This document shows, piece after piece, positions 1-10,659 of a stretch of DNA of 45,573 nt. How positions within the stretch are numbered: the first letter of the stretch is position 1; each line of letters opens with the position of its first letter. A program made the translations under genes and the position numbers. The stretch lies in NCBI GenBank assembly GCA_009602725.1, contig WELB01000004.1, forward strand, positions 382,965 through 428,537. The letters run 5' to 3'. The DNA comes from Spirogloea muscicola (Eukaryota). The notes beneath the pieces were generated by a model. The model did no database searches, had not been told where the DNA came from, and saw only the letters and a list, made by a program, of their open reading frames with translations.

Positions 1-426
1 CTCCCCCCCTCCACCTCCCTCCTCCCGGCTCCCCCGGCAGGCGGGTCAACCCTCAACAGCCCTCCATGGACGCGGAGCTGGCTGCCATCCCGAGCTCGCT
101 CCCTCCCCCGACGAAGCTCCTGCGCCCGCATTGACACGGGGCAGCCCACGACGCGGCGCGCCAGCAACGCCCACCTCCAGCGCTGCCTGCTGCCGCCGCC
201 GCTGCCCGCCGCACTCGCCGCCGCTGCCTGCGCAGCGAGCCTGCGGCTGCGGGGCCCACCGAAGGCTCCACAGCTGCCGGGCCTCGGAGGCGCGAGCCGC
301 TGCCGGGAGCGCGCCTGGCGGCTCGCTCCGAGTGAAGCCGGGGGGCCCTCGTCGCCCAAGCCAGCGCTCCCGGCGCTTACGCCGGCGGCGCCGGCCAGGG
401 ACGGCGGGCCCCGCGGTCGTCGTGCC

Positions 427-3400
427 ATGCCGACGCCGCGGCGGCTGCTCCTCCCAGCATGCCTCCTCCTGTGGGCCGCGGCGTCCGTCGCGGACCTCGG
501 CGACCAGCCGCCGGGGCGCGACCTCGCTCTGCACGAGCTCTCGCAAGGCAATCAGCCGACTCCTGGCGCACCTTGGCCAGCCCCGCCTGACTGTCTCACA
601 GGCCCGAGCTTTCGCGGCCGCCATGGAGCCGCGGTTGTGGAGCCCTGCCGTGTTCCAAGCGGCTGAGCTCGTCAGCTCTCTCTCGCGGCGTTGAGCTCTT
701 CCAGGTGATGCGCTCCATGCAGCGGGCGCGAGGAGCTTGCTGCAGGCCACCGGCCCCCTGGCTTCCGCGACGCCGCCGCCGCCGCCGACGCCGGCAGTGG
801 ATGCTGCCGGCGTGCAGCTGCTGGCGGTGAAGAATCGCGTCGACCCCCTCGACGGCTTCAAGTACTACCGCGGCGGCTACAACCCTCGGAGCAAGCACTA
901 CTGGGGGGTACGCGGCCTTCCTCCACCCCTCCTCCCTCCTCCTCCCTCCCCAGATTGCGAGCTGCTGACAGCCGACGTCGTCCTCCGTCTGGCCGGGATC
1001 TCTGGCCGCCGGAGCTCACATCGATTCTGTCATTCGTGGGCATGGCTCTGGTCTGACCAGCTGCGGCTTGTGGGTGTGGGCACCGCCCGTCGCTCCTGCA
1101 GTCGCTGGCGTTCCTCGGCATCTGGGGGTATGCCGCGGGAGCGCTGTGGCTGCTGCTCGGCGCCCTCGCCGTCCTCGGGCTCCTGTGCTGCTGCTGCTGT
1201 GGCTGTCGCGCCCCCAAGGCACGCGGTCAAGGCAAGGAGCCCGAGACGAGCGCGCCGTACATCTGGGCTCTCCTCCTGACCATCCTGCTCACTGCCGTCG
1301 CCCTGTGAGCCTGCAAACCAGGCTCAGCTTGCAGCACCGTCTTAGAAGGGGAAGTTGAACACTGACAGTAACCTTGGCAACAATTGTCACACTGACAGTG
1401 ACCATTGTAATAGTCACCACAGCTTCACAGGCGCCTGGAACTCAATTAACTAGCCCCATTGATGGCTCCCCATGTTGAGACTACTTCGATGTAATTTGCA
1501 GGGCCGGCATCGCTATACTGTCAATTGGCACACAAGGGCTCCGTCATCGTGCCAACACCGTCACTGACGAGATCGTCCGAGTGGCCGACAACACCACTGC
1601 CAACATCCGGACGATCTCGGCCGTCCTTCAAAACACCTCGTCGCTGGCGGAGCTCCTCGATTCCGGCTCTGGGTCGGATGTCAACAGCACTGCTCGGGAC
1701 CTCAACAGCCAGGCCGACAAGCTGGAGCGAGAAGTGCGGAGGAACAAGGACAACATCAAGAGCATTCTCAATGGCATGTGGGTCTGCTCCTCAGTAATTA
1801 CATCATCAAGACCACACCAGAATCTCAACGCCATTCTTGGGATTTCGAGACGATGAGCAAACAGCGAGGCAAAGGGTGAATTGACTGCCGCGCTTCAGAC
1901 CATGCACAGCCAGCACTGTTCTCAGCTTGTACTGCGTTTGCGTGTGCAGAGAGATTGCCCTCATTGTGATCGCAGCGGTTAACTTGGTCGTTGTGCTCGC
2001 TGCTCTGGGTAAGTCATCTGCCATCCAAGCGGCAAAGACGGCCAGTCTACTATCACAGTCATGCTTCTGTCCCCTCTTCATTGTGAGCAGCCAGAGTTGT
2101 CAACGTTGATGCATATTGGTCGTTAAGGCACGGCTGAAGCATCGCCTGTGCTCTCTGGCATGCCCCTTTTGCAGTGGCGGCTCTGTGTGCCGTCACAACG
2201 TTCCTGCAGATGTAAGCTGGACCAAGCTTCCCAACTTGCACGTAGAGCTCAGCCAACATATGATGATGCATGGAGCTGGACCTCATGTCACTCTGCTGCT
2301 TAGTGGCTCCAACAATCAGATCTGAGTCTTGCATCACCTTGTCTGTGCAGCCTCGCCGTTCTGGGATGGTTGTTGACAGCCCTGGCATGGGTCCTCTTTG
2401 GCGTGTGCCTGATGCTCTCAGCGTAAGTAGATGATCAGCATTGCAAGATTCGTAGCTCAACCTTGTTGCTTGCAGGACCTCAGATTGCATGACTATAACA
2501 TGCCTGCGCATGTACATGCCTTGCGCAGGCTTATTGGGGACACTTGTGAAGCCATGGACCAGTACTCTGCGAACCCCACATACAACACGACGTTGGACGC
2601 CCTTCTGCCCTGCGTGGACCTGCAGACATCACGCTCGGCCCTTCTGAGGAGCAAAGCCAGCGTCAAGTCCTATGTGGCCACTGTGAGCATCACAATATCG
2701 TGAAGCTCAATCGCTTCTATGTTGTGGTTGAGATCTTGAACTTGTTAGGCATTTGGCAGCCTCACAATCTCCTCGCTCTCAGTTGCGGCTCCAAGTACAA
2801 AGAGAGCAGCCCTGACAGGAACTTAATTATCAGCTTGCAGCATATTGATTATTTAACCTCCTCCCCATAGCTTCTTGCAGATCAACGGTTACGTTGCCCA
2901 GGAGAACGCAGTACTTACGTCGGAGGGCTCTGCACTGCTGCCAACAGTATGCGACCCGTTTGGCCCAGCTCCGACCTATGCCGATGTTGCCTGCAGCAAT
3001 AACACCGTTCCAATTGGCAATTACTCCCAGGTACGATGCTTGTGCTGATGAATGCCCGATAATGTGGATTGTCACATTTGTCAACAACTATTACATCCAA
3101 GCCTTACGGAAAGACCACTGGAGCAAGCAAAACATTCTGCTCATGTGATGGATGTTGTCGACTGCTCTGATCTTCATCATTGTCTGGTGCTCCTTGGCTC
3201 CTGCACGGCTTTGGTGTAGATACTGGCGCCATTGGTATGCAATAGCACCAACCAGACCCAATGCACATTGGCGGGCACGCCGGTGCCATCGACGCTGTAC
3301 AGCCAGTTCTTGGTCTACTCCGCAGCCGCCGAGGAACTGCTGGCGACGCTGCCACTGATGGAGGACTTGGCCAATTGCCGCTTTGTAACGGACACCTTCA

Positions 3401-3588
3401 GTCTGCTTGTGGACCATGACTGCAGTAGCGCCAAGCGCGCCACGCGCTTGGTGTGGGTCGGCTTCCTGGTCATGTCGGCTGCCATGGTCGGCCTCGTGGT
3501 TGCGTGGATTTGGACGGCGCGTTGCCTCAAGAGGCGGCAAAGGCTGCGCCCCGTTTCACCATCGTCGCCGAGCAACAGCAGGTTCTAA
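427..3588 (+). CDS. Plant multi-pass membrane protein, At2g12400/At1g71110-like (Tweety-related, PTHR31414-type); about 9 exons
   Basis: Signal-peptide-like start MPTPRRLLLPACLLLWAAA. Family-typical motifs RVDPLDGFKYYRGGYNPRSKHYW, GDTCEAMDQY..NP...TLDALLPCVD, LCDPFGP and LEDLANCRFVTDTF-like MEDLANCRFVTDTF, plus several hydrophobic helices. Approximate exons 427-547, 705-907, 1102-1304, 1502-1778, 1949-2008, 2175-2210, 2351-2422, 2530-2682, 2881-3030, 3220-3588 (small internal exons approximate). First intron uses a GC donor. Confidence 0.85.
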
Positions 3589-3679
3589 TGGCAGCTGGGT
3601 GGACAACACATAGTGCAGCAGCGGCCTTGCAAAGCCCGTGAGCACCCCATTGCCCAAGTGAACCCTAGATGTATAGTCT

Positions 3680-3735
3680 TAGGCTCTAGGCTCTAGGCTC
3701 AAGGCTCAAGGCTCAAGGCTCAATGCCCAAGGCCC
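3680..3735 (+). repeat. Degenerate 7-mer tandem array (TAGGCTC x3, AAGGCTC x3, AATGCCC, AAGGCCC)
   Basis: Eight consecutive 7-nt units read directly, about 90 nt downstream of the transmembrane gene stop codon. Confidence 0.9.
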
Positions 3736-4149
3736 TTCGGTTTGCTCATTTTTTCCTCCCTGACAATATTTTCATTTTCGGCTGCGTCAACAATGTATTG
3801 GCGCTCTCCCTCACCGCCAAGCACTGCAAGGACATGCAAACACTCATTGACTTGGGAGGCCTACATCGGTGAACCTTGATGGGCTTAGGGCCATCTCGCA
3901 CTTCTCATTCTTTTCATTCTTTTTTAAGGCGGACTTCCTAGACTGCGCACCTGAGCTCCGTGAAGCACCACATGAATAACTCTGGCTTTATAATGTCCCG
4001 CTGGACAGGAGGGTCCTAAGCGCCGCAAGATGCTGGGAGGTCATCCGTGCAACGGCGTGAATGGGAGCCGCCTGCCGGTCCACGGCTGCGCGACGGAGCT
4101 CGACGAGCGGTGGCGGGTTGGCAGTCAAGCAGCTGGCCGCCCGGCGATA

Positions 4150-5480
4150 CTGCGGCTGCTGATATGGAACTATAGCGGCTGCTGCAGCCAGCCACGTGGA
4201 TACAGAGGGTGTTTGTGAATACATCAACGAAGCCACAGGCTAGGCAGACAGGGCGCTTCGGTAACCCCCGTGTCAGCAAGACAATAGGAAGTCCAATGAG
4301 CTGAGGTATGCTGCTGATGTTAAACAAGAGCGGCTGTAAAAGGCCAGCCACATGCATACAGGTGTTCATGACGGAGCCACAGGCCAAGGCAGACAGGGCG
4401 CTCTCAGTACCCCCGTGTCTGCAGTAGGAGGTCAGATGAGCTGAGGGGAGGAAGAGCAACCCCGCTGCGCAAGCCAGAGGCTGCTGCAAGGGCGCGACCG
4501 GCTCGGCGGTGCAAAGCAAGCGCTTGGGACCGCTGTAGGGACATGGATAGACGCATGCGGCAGCAGGACACAAGACCCAAAAGGCACCGAGCCTCCAGGA
4601 AGTGCTGCACCCTGATCGCAGCGCCGCTGGTCAGCTTGAGAGGCCAGCAGCGAAAGCAACGGGGACCACCGAGCCCCGTAACACCTGTGGCAGAAAGCGG
4701 CTGCTGATATGAAAGAATCGGCTGTGAAATGCCAGCCAGATGCATACAGGTGTTCATGACGGAGCCAAAGGCTTATGAGTGGCTGCGGGGACGAAGAGCG
4801 ACCCGGCTGCGCAAGCCAGAGGCTGCTGTGAAGCGACCGGGAAGTGAGCCCATCCAAACGGGGCGGGGCCTGTGAGAAGCCAGCCCAGAAAGGCTGAGCA
4901 AGAAGAAGTGGCCGCCCATTGAGGATGAGGGCTGGAAAAGCCAGCCCAAAAAAGAATGAACAAAGTACGAGAAGGGGGCCAGGGGAAGCGCTAAGAAAGA
5001 CAAGCACAAAAAGAAACAAAGCAGCTGCGAAGCACTCAGTAACCCCTGCTAAGCAGCCACAGGTCAGAGAAGCTGGGCTCCTGGAAGCGGGTCCCCTGGC
5101 CCTATTCTCAATGGGCGAGCACTTTCTCCTGGCCAGAGCCAGAGGCAGCAGCGAGGGCTCAGCCAGCACGCAGGTGCAGCGCGCGGGCCACAGACCTCTG
5201 CAGCGAGACGGCCAAGCGCATACGGCACACCTGCGCTAGCGACCCGGCTGCAGGGAAGTCCACCGGCTCCCCGGCGATGAGCAAGGTCCACAGCGCCGAA
5301 AAGCGCCAAAAGGAGAAGAAGAATGTGCTCGCCCATAGGAAAGAGGGGCTTGCAGAAGCCAGCCGGAAAAGAATGGACAAAATCCAAAGAGCTCCAACGA
5401 AGGGGGGAAAGGCCAGCCCAAAGAAGGGAAGGCCTAGGCGAAGCACGAAGGAAGACGAGCACAAGAAGAAACAAAAGCAG
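4150..5480 (+). mobile_element. Modular interspersed repeat, copy A (probable non-autonomous transposon relic)
   Basis: Three internal copies of a GCGGCTGCTGATATG...GCCAGCCA.ATGCATACAGGTGTTCATGACGGAGCCA module (about 4152, 4311, 4697). 4935-5272 matches the reverse complement of 19846-20145. 4311-4509 and 4697-4772 match 26590-26789. No transposase or RT ORF seen. Confidence 0.75.
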
Positions 5481-5685
5481 CCAAAAGCACACGGAGGAAG
5501 GCGGCGCGCATTGTGGCGGGGCCCGCTTGACGGGAAGATAACTGGGCGCGGCGCCGTCTGTGGGTTTGGCCATGGATTCCCGGCGCTAAATGGTTCCAGG
5601 CCGCGGCACGGGAGCGCTGCTCCGAGGCGAGGCCGCCGGTAAGGGAATGTTTGCCCGGAGGGGAGGGGGGGAGTGCGAAGCGGGG

Positions 5686-6463
5686 NNNNNNNNNNNNNNN
5701 NNNNNNNNNNNNNNNNNNNNNNNNNNNNNNNNNNNNNNNNNNNNNNNNNNNNNNNNNNNNNNNNNNNNNNNNNNNNNNNNNNNNNNNNNNNNNNNNNNNN
5801 NNNNNNNNNNNNNNNNNNNNNNNNNNNNNNNNNNNNNNNNNNNNNNNNNNNNNNNNNNNNNNNNNNNNNNNNNNNNNNNNNNNNNNNNNNNNNNNNNNNN
5901 NNNNNNNNNNNNNNNNNNNNNNNNNNNNNNNNNNNNNNNNNNNNNNNNNNNNNNNNNNNNNNNNNNNNNNNNNNNNNNNNNNNNNNNNNNNNNNNNNNNN
6001 NNNNNNNNNNNNNNNNNNNNNNNNNNNNNNNNNNNNNNNNNNNNNNNNNNNNNNNNNNNNNNNNNNNNNNNNNNNNNNNNNNNNNNNNNNNNNNNNNNNN
6101 NNNNNNNNNNNNNNNNNNNNNNNNNNNNNNNNNNNNNNNNNNNNNNNNNNNNNNNNNNNNNNNNNNNNNNNNNNNNNNNNNNNNNNNNNNNNNNNNNNNN
6201 NNNNNNNNNNNNNNNNNNNNNNNNNNNNNNNNNNNNNNNNNNNNNNNNNNNNNNNNNNNNNNNNNNNNNNNNNNNNNNNNNNNNNNNNNNNNNNNNNNNN
6301 NNNNNNNNNNNNNNNNNNNNNNNNNNNNNNNNNNNNNNNNNNNNNNNNNNNNNNNNNNNNNNNNNNNNNNNNNNNNNNNNNNNNNNNNNNNNNNNNNNNN
6401 NNNNNNNNNNNNNNNNNNNNNNNNNNNNNNNNNNNNNNNNNNNNNNNNNNNNNNNNNNNNNNN
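5686..6463. other. Assembly gap (N run)
   Basis: N run. Confidence 1.
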
Positions 6464-6654
6464 CGCTGCGCCGCGAGCTCGCGTGCGCCAGCCGCGGGCC
6501 CAGCCGCGGGCCCCGGCTCGGCTCGGCTTGCCCATACCGGGTCTCGGCGCGCCCCGCGGCCATGAGCGTCGCCCGCGCCCGCGGATCCTGATGAGGCTGC
6601 CGAGCGACGGGGGACCGGCGTCCGCGCGGGCCAGCTCCGGAAGACCCCTCGACC

Positions 6655-8444
6655 ATGATGGCGGCCTCCAGCGCGTCGTCAAAGGTGCGATGCCCTGGCA
6701 AAACCTTCCTGCTGGCCATCCTGGCGGCCTTGGCTCTGCGGGGAACTGCGCCGAGCCTCGCAGGCGCCTGCATTGCCCGCTCAGTGCTCAGCGAGCTAGG
6801 CCGTGGCTCTTCTGATCAGTCTGGTCAGCTGACGACGATCAGCATCGAAGCTCGTCGCTTTTGGCTATGAGCTGCGCTGGCGGGACCTGCATTGCAGAAC
6901 GCCAGAAGCCGAACGACATTGCGGCCGTGACAAAGACACCATCTTAGCGATGGATGACTGTCAGCGCACTGCTGCCGGCAGAAGATGTCATTGCTATGTC
7001 TGCTTGCGGCTGACAGCCTTGCTACTCGCATGGCAGATCGGCGCCGCCCTGCTGCTGGTGCTGGGCTTGCTCTGTCAGAGTGCCTCATTTACTGCTTCGG
7101 CAGCCATCGGACCCAACCCGGTGGCGTCAAGCGCCAGCGAAACCGATAGCATTGCCGGTGACTTCCCCATTGGCTTGGCGAGCTATGCTCAGCCGTTCGC
7201 GCCAGAGCGCCTGAAGTTGGGCCAGTACTTCCGGTGGGAGGGCCCGTACAACAGCACCCAGGAGCCGGCCGGCGCTGGCGGCCTCGAGGAGAAGTGGCTG
7301 GACTTTGGCAGCTCCGGCAATGGCGGCGGCGGCACCGGCGGCGGCGGCGGCGGCGGCAGCGACCGCGGTCGGAGGCTGGCAACCGCCAAGGGCACTGGCT
7401 TCAGCGGCTGCACGTACACCGTGGCCGGGGACGGCAGTGGCACCCACCAACGCGTCCAGGACGCGGTCGACGCGGTAGCCGGCAGCTTCTACAACCCAAA
7501 CCTGCAGCGCGTCAAGATCTGCGTGCGCGCGGGCACGTACACCGAGCGCGTTCTCATCCCCGCAGGGAAGAACTACATCACGCTCATCGGCCAGGGCCGC
7601 TCGACCATCATCACAGCGTCCAACAGCCAGAGCCAGGTCGGCGATCCCTACAGCTGCGCCACGCTCGTCGTCTATGGAGGTGCGCCACTCACTCGTTCTC
7701 CCTGACATGCATCTCCTCGCCACACAGGCAAGTTGTATCGCGGCATCTTGCCTCTGTCACTGCACCACACCGCGACTGTCTCCTGATGAAGTATACTTTG
7801 GTGGCCACGGCGGGCCAGACTACTTCTTGGCGGCGGCGATTGTGATCCAAAATACGCACCAGTCGGTGTGGGACCCGTCTCCGGCAGTGTCGCTGCTGGG
7901 CACGCAGTCGCAGTTCTACGTTGTCGGCATCAAGGGCTGGATGGACACGTTGGCGGTGTACACTGGGCAGCATTACTTCAAGCAGGTGTATGTGGAGGGC
8001 CTAGCGGACTACGTATGGGGCTTTGGGCGTGCCGTCTTTGACGGTGCCGAGCTCTACACGAAGGCGGTGTATGCCTACCGCGGCTATGTCACGGCACAGG
8101 GCCAGGACTGGGCCGGTGGCACCTTGCCCGGCGGGTTTGTCTTCTGGCAATGCAAGGTGGACGGCGCAGGGCCGACATACCTTGGCCGGCCGTATCGCTC
8201 TAAGGCTCTCGTCGTCTTCGCCGGCTGCACCATGGCTGCCAATGTGCTGCCTGAGGGGTGGAGCGACTGGCATGGTGCCGCAGCGTCGGGTCAGGTACAG
8301 TTCCTTGAGTACGGCAGCACAGGGCCTGGCGCCGCACCAAGCCGTCGCCAGCTCGGCCGCCAGATCTCGCAGGCCGTTGCATACGGCCAGTACTCGCCCA
8401 ACGCATTCATCAGCCTCAACCACTGGCAGGCCTCGCGCTTTTGA
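6655..8444 (+). CDS. PME: Pectin methylesterase (CE8), secreted, no PMEI domain; 3 exons 6655-6684, 7037-7679, 7819-8444
   Basis: Splicing creates a signal peptide MMAASSASSK|IGAALLLVLGLLCQSASFTASA. PME motifs TVAGDGSG, VQDAVDA, GTYTERV, PAVSL, MDTL, DYVWG, YLGRPY, PEGWSDW and EYGSTGPGA. Both GT-AG introns are phase-consistent. Confidence 0.92.
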
Positions 8445-9431
8445 CAAAGTAACGATGGCTGCCCTCCAATCGCGCAGCCCCGTAGGCACGTCACTTTCCT
8501 TCTCCCCTCCTCCCGCTTTCTCCTGCCACGCTCCGCCAGCTGACAGGCGGACCATCGCTGAAGGAGATGGTCTGCTGCGCATCATCTTTAGTAAAGTCCA
8601 GTAACTTCAATCTCAAACTTCAAGCTTTGCCACTTGGGGTGCAAGTCCGCGCGACAAGGTTGCAGCTCTATTGGTACACTTGCACTGGCTCAGGAGGGGG
8701 GGCTATAGTTGGCCCCCCCTCTGCAGGCCTCCCAAGCATTGCCTTGCCGTTAGGGAGGAGTGATAACTTTCTTCGGTCTGTATGGCCGCTTCTCACTAGC
8801 GAGCCGGCCGCTGCTTCAGTGGCAGCCTGGCTCATAAAAAGGTCGAATCAGGTGGATTTGAGTAGGGCACGGGTATGCATAAGGGAGCCCACGCACTTTT
8901 GCCACAGGCCATGGAAAGCCGCAGGCCCAGGGCGACTCCACTCATGGTGCATCTTGTGCTGCAGGTAGAGCCCCATCAGTGCTGTCGGTCTTGATTGTCT
9001 CAGCAGTAGCCAGGGCTTCTAGTCTCTGCAACAGCACGCCCACAAAATGAAACCTTAAGAGTGGGCAACACATAGTCATCAGTCTGAGGTGGCAATAATT
9101 AGTAAGTTGTGAAGTCCAAAACACGCAGGCCCCCCCTGACTACGTACATTCGCGCCACCAGGAGCTTGCGGCTGCGGCGCCGCCAGCAGGGCGGACTCGG
9201 CCTCACTTGGCCGGCGGGACATGACGGCCGCAGCAATGGCTAGGCCGTTGGCCTTGGTTATTGTGGCTGTGCGTGCACCTGGATGAGGGCATGCATGCGC
9301 TGTGTCTGGGCCCGCCGCACTGGCCGCACAGCCTCATCGCCCTGCATGCCAGAGGATGTGAGCACAGCTCCGGCTTGTAAGGTACAGAGATACGCATCTA
9401 AGGGTTTTGGTCAGGTACTAGGGAGCTGGGC

Positions 9432-10006
9432 TTAGGATTCAGTGGCAGCTGTGGTCCTTGGCGACATCAAACCAACAATGCGCTGCAAGGGACAGCCATG
9501 CAGAAGCGGGCAAGGCGGGTGCTGGATCTGCATCGCAGTACCTCGATGCCGTCCATGCGGAGCTGCATTTGCGTCACTGCCTCTGTCAGCCGCGCCCGCT
9601 CCTGCCGTGGCAGCGTAAAGGTTGGGCAGCGACGACGTGGGTGAGTGCCAGAAAGAAGGTGAGCTCCCATGCCAGACTTTGACAACGAGTGCTGTGGCTC
9701 TGCAGGAGCTGGCGACCGTGGGGGCTCACCTTCTCCCCGACGGCGTCGAGGCGGCCCACCTCGGCGGCACTGCCCGCCAGGCTCTGCACTTCGCGCTCGA
9801 TGGCGTCCAGCTGCCGGCCATAGCCAGCGGCACCTCAGGATCAGGATAAGCTGCTGCAGGCCTTCAAGCGGCGAGGCCCCTCGCCTGGACGAAGGTCCGG
9901 CGTCACGACGTCGGCAGCAGTGGCGATGGCGGCAGGGGTCCCTCACCCGGCGGGCGACGTCGAGCGCCTGCCCAAGCGGCGTCAGCTTCGCCACCATGCT
10001 GCGGTG

Positions 10007-10041
<35 letters not shown>

Positions 10042-10128
10042 CAGGCCTGCCGCCCCGCTCGTCGTCGCCCTCCTCGGCGCGCCGCCGCTGCTCGGCCGCC
10101 GCCGCCCGCAGCTCCCGCAGCTCGGCGA
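9432..10128 (-). CDS. Small coiled-coil protein of unknown function; 5' end lies in the gap
   Basis: Phase-consistent last exons ...GRQLDAIEREVQSLAGSAAEVGRLDAVGEK (ends 9730) | ERARLTEAVTQMQLRMDGIE (9601-9542) | RIVGLMSPRTTAATES* (9482-9432). Upstream exon AELRELRAAAAEQRRRAEE..MVAKLTPLGQALDVARR. One junction (about 9947 to 9835) could not be phased cleanly. Confidence 0.5.
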
Positions 10129-10248
10129 NNNNNNNNNNNNNNNNNNNNNNNNNNNNNNNNNNNNNNNNNNNNNNNNNNNNNNNNNNNNNNNNNNNNNNNN
10201 NNNNNNNNNNNNNNNNNNNNNNNNNNNNNNNNNNNNNNNNNNNNNNNN
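10129..10248. other. Assembly gap (N run)
   Basis: N run between two divergent coding fragments. The true gap is probably longer than 120 nt. Confidence 1.
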
Positions 10249-10588
10249 TCCGCTGCCTCGCCGCCGCCGGCTTCGCCCTCGCCGTCGACGGCTTCACGCT
10301 GCCGCCGTCGGAGCCGCTGGCGCTCGTCCGGGACGGCGACACCATCAGGTGCCGCTGCCGTCGCCGCCGCCGCCGCTGGCGCCGCCGTCGCCACCGTCGC
10401 CGCCGTCACCAGACCTGCCGTGCCTCGTCCTGGTCCTCATTGCTGCCATTGCTGCTGTCGTGCTCGCTTGCAGAGTGACGCTGGGCAGCGGCGGCGACGG
10501 CGGCGGAGGCGGCGGCGGCGGCGGCGGCGCTCGCGGGCCCTGCTACGTCCTGACTCGACACTGGCCAACACGTGTCAGGCGGAGCTGA
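10249..10588 (+). CDS. Coilin N-terminal-domain-like fragment; exons <10249-10348 and 10474-10588; 5' end lies in the gap
   Basis: CLAAAGFALAVDGFTLPPSEPLALVRDGDTIR|VTL resembles the end of the plant coilin N-terminal domain (recalled consensus L.LS.DGF.LPPFES...LKDKD.V.V). GT-AG intron 10349-10473, then a Gly-rich tail and TGA at 10586-10588. Confidence 0.55.
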
Positions 10589-10659
10589 GGTCCTTGGCCG
10601 CCGCGGTGGCGCGCAAGCGAGGCTCGCCGTGCAGCTGCCGGCTGCTCGGGGAGCCCGCC

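Noticed and set aside
4150..4840. Repeated modules as a CRISPR-like array
   Set aside because: Eukaryotic context, long degenerate units, irregular spacing, no unique spacers and no cas genes.
5159..6815. 300-500 aa ORFs spanning N runs
   Set aside because: Their length is produced by X codons in assembly gaps.
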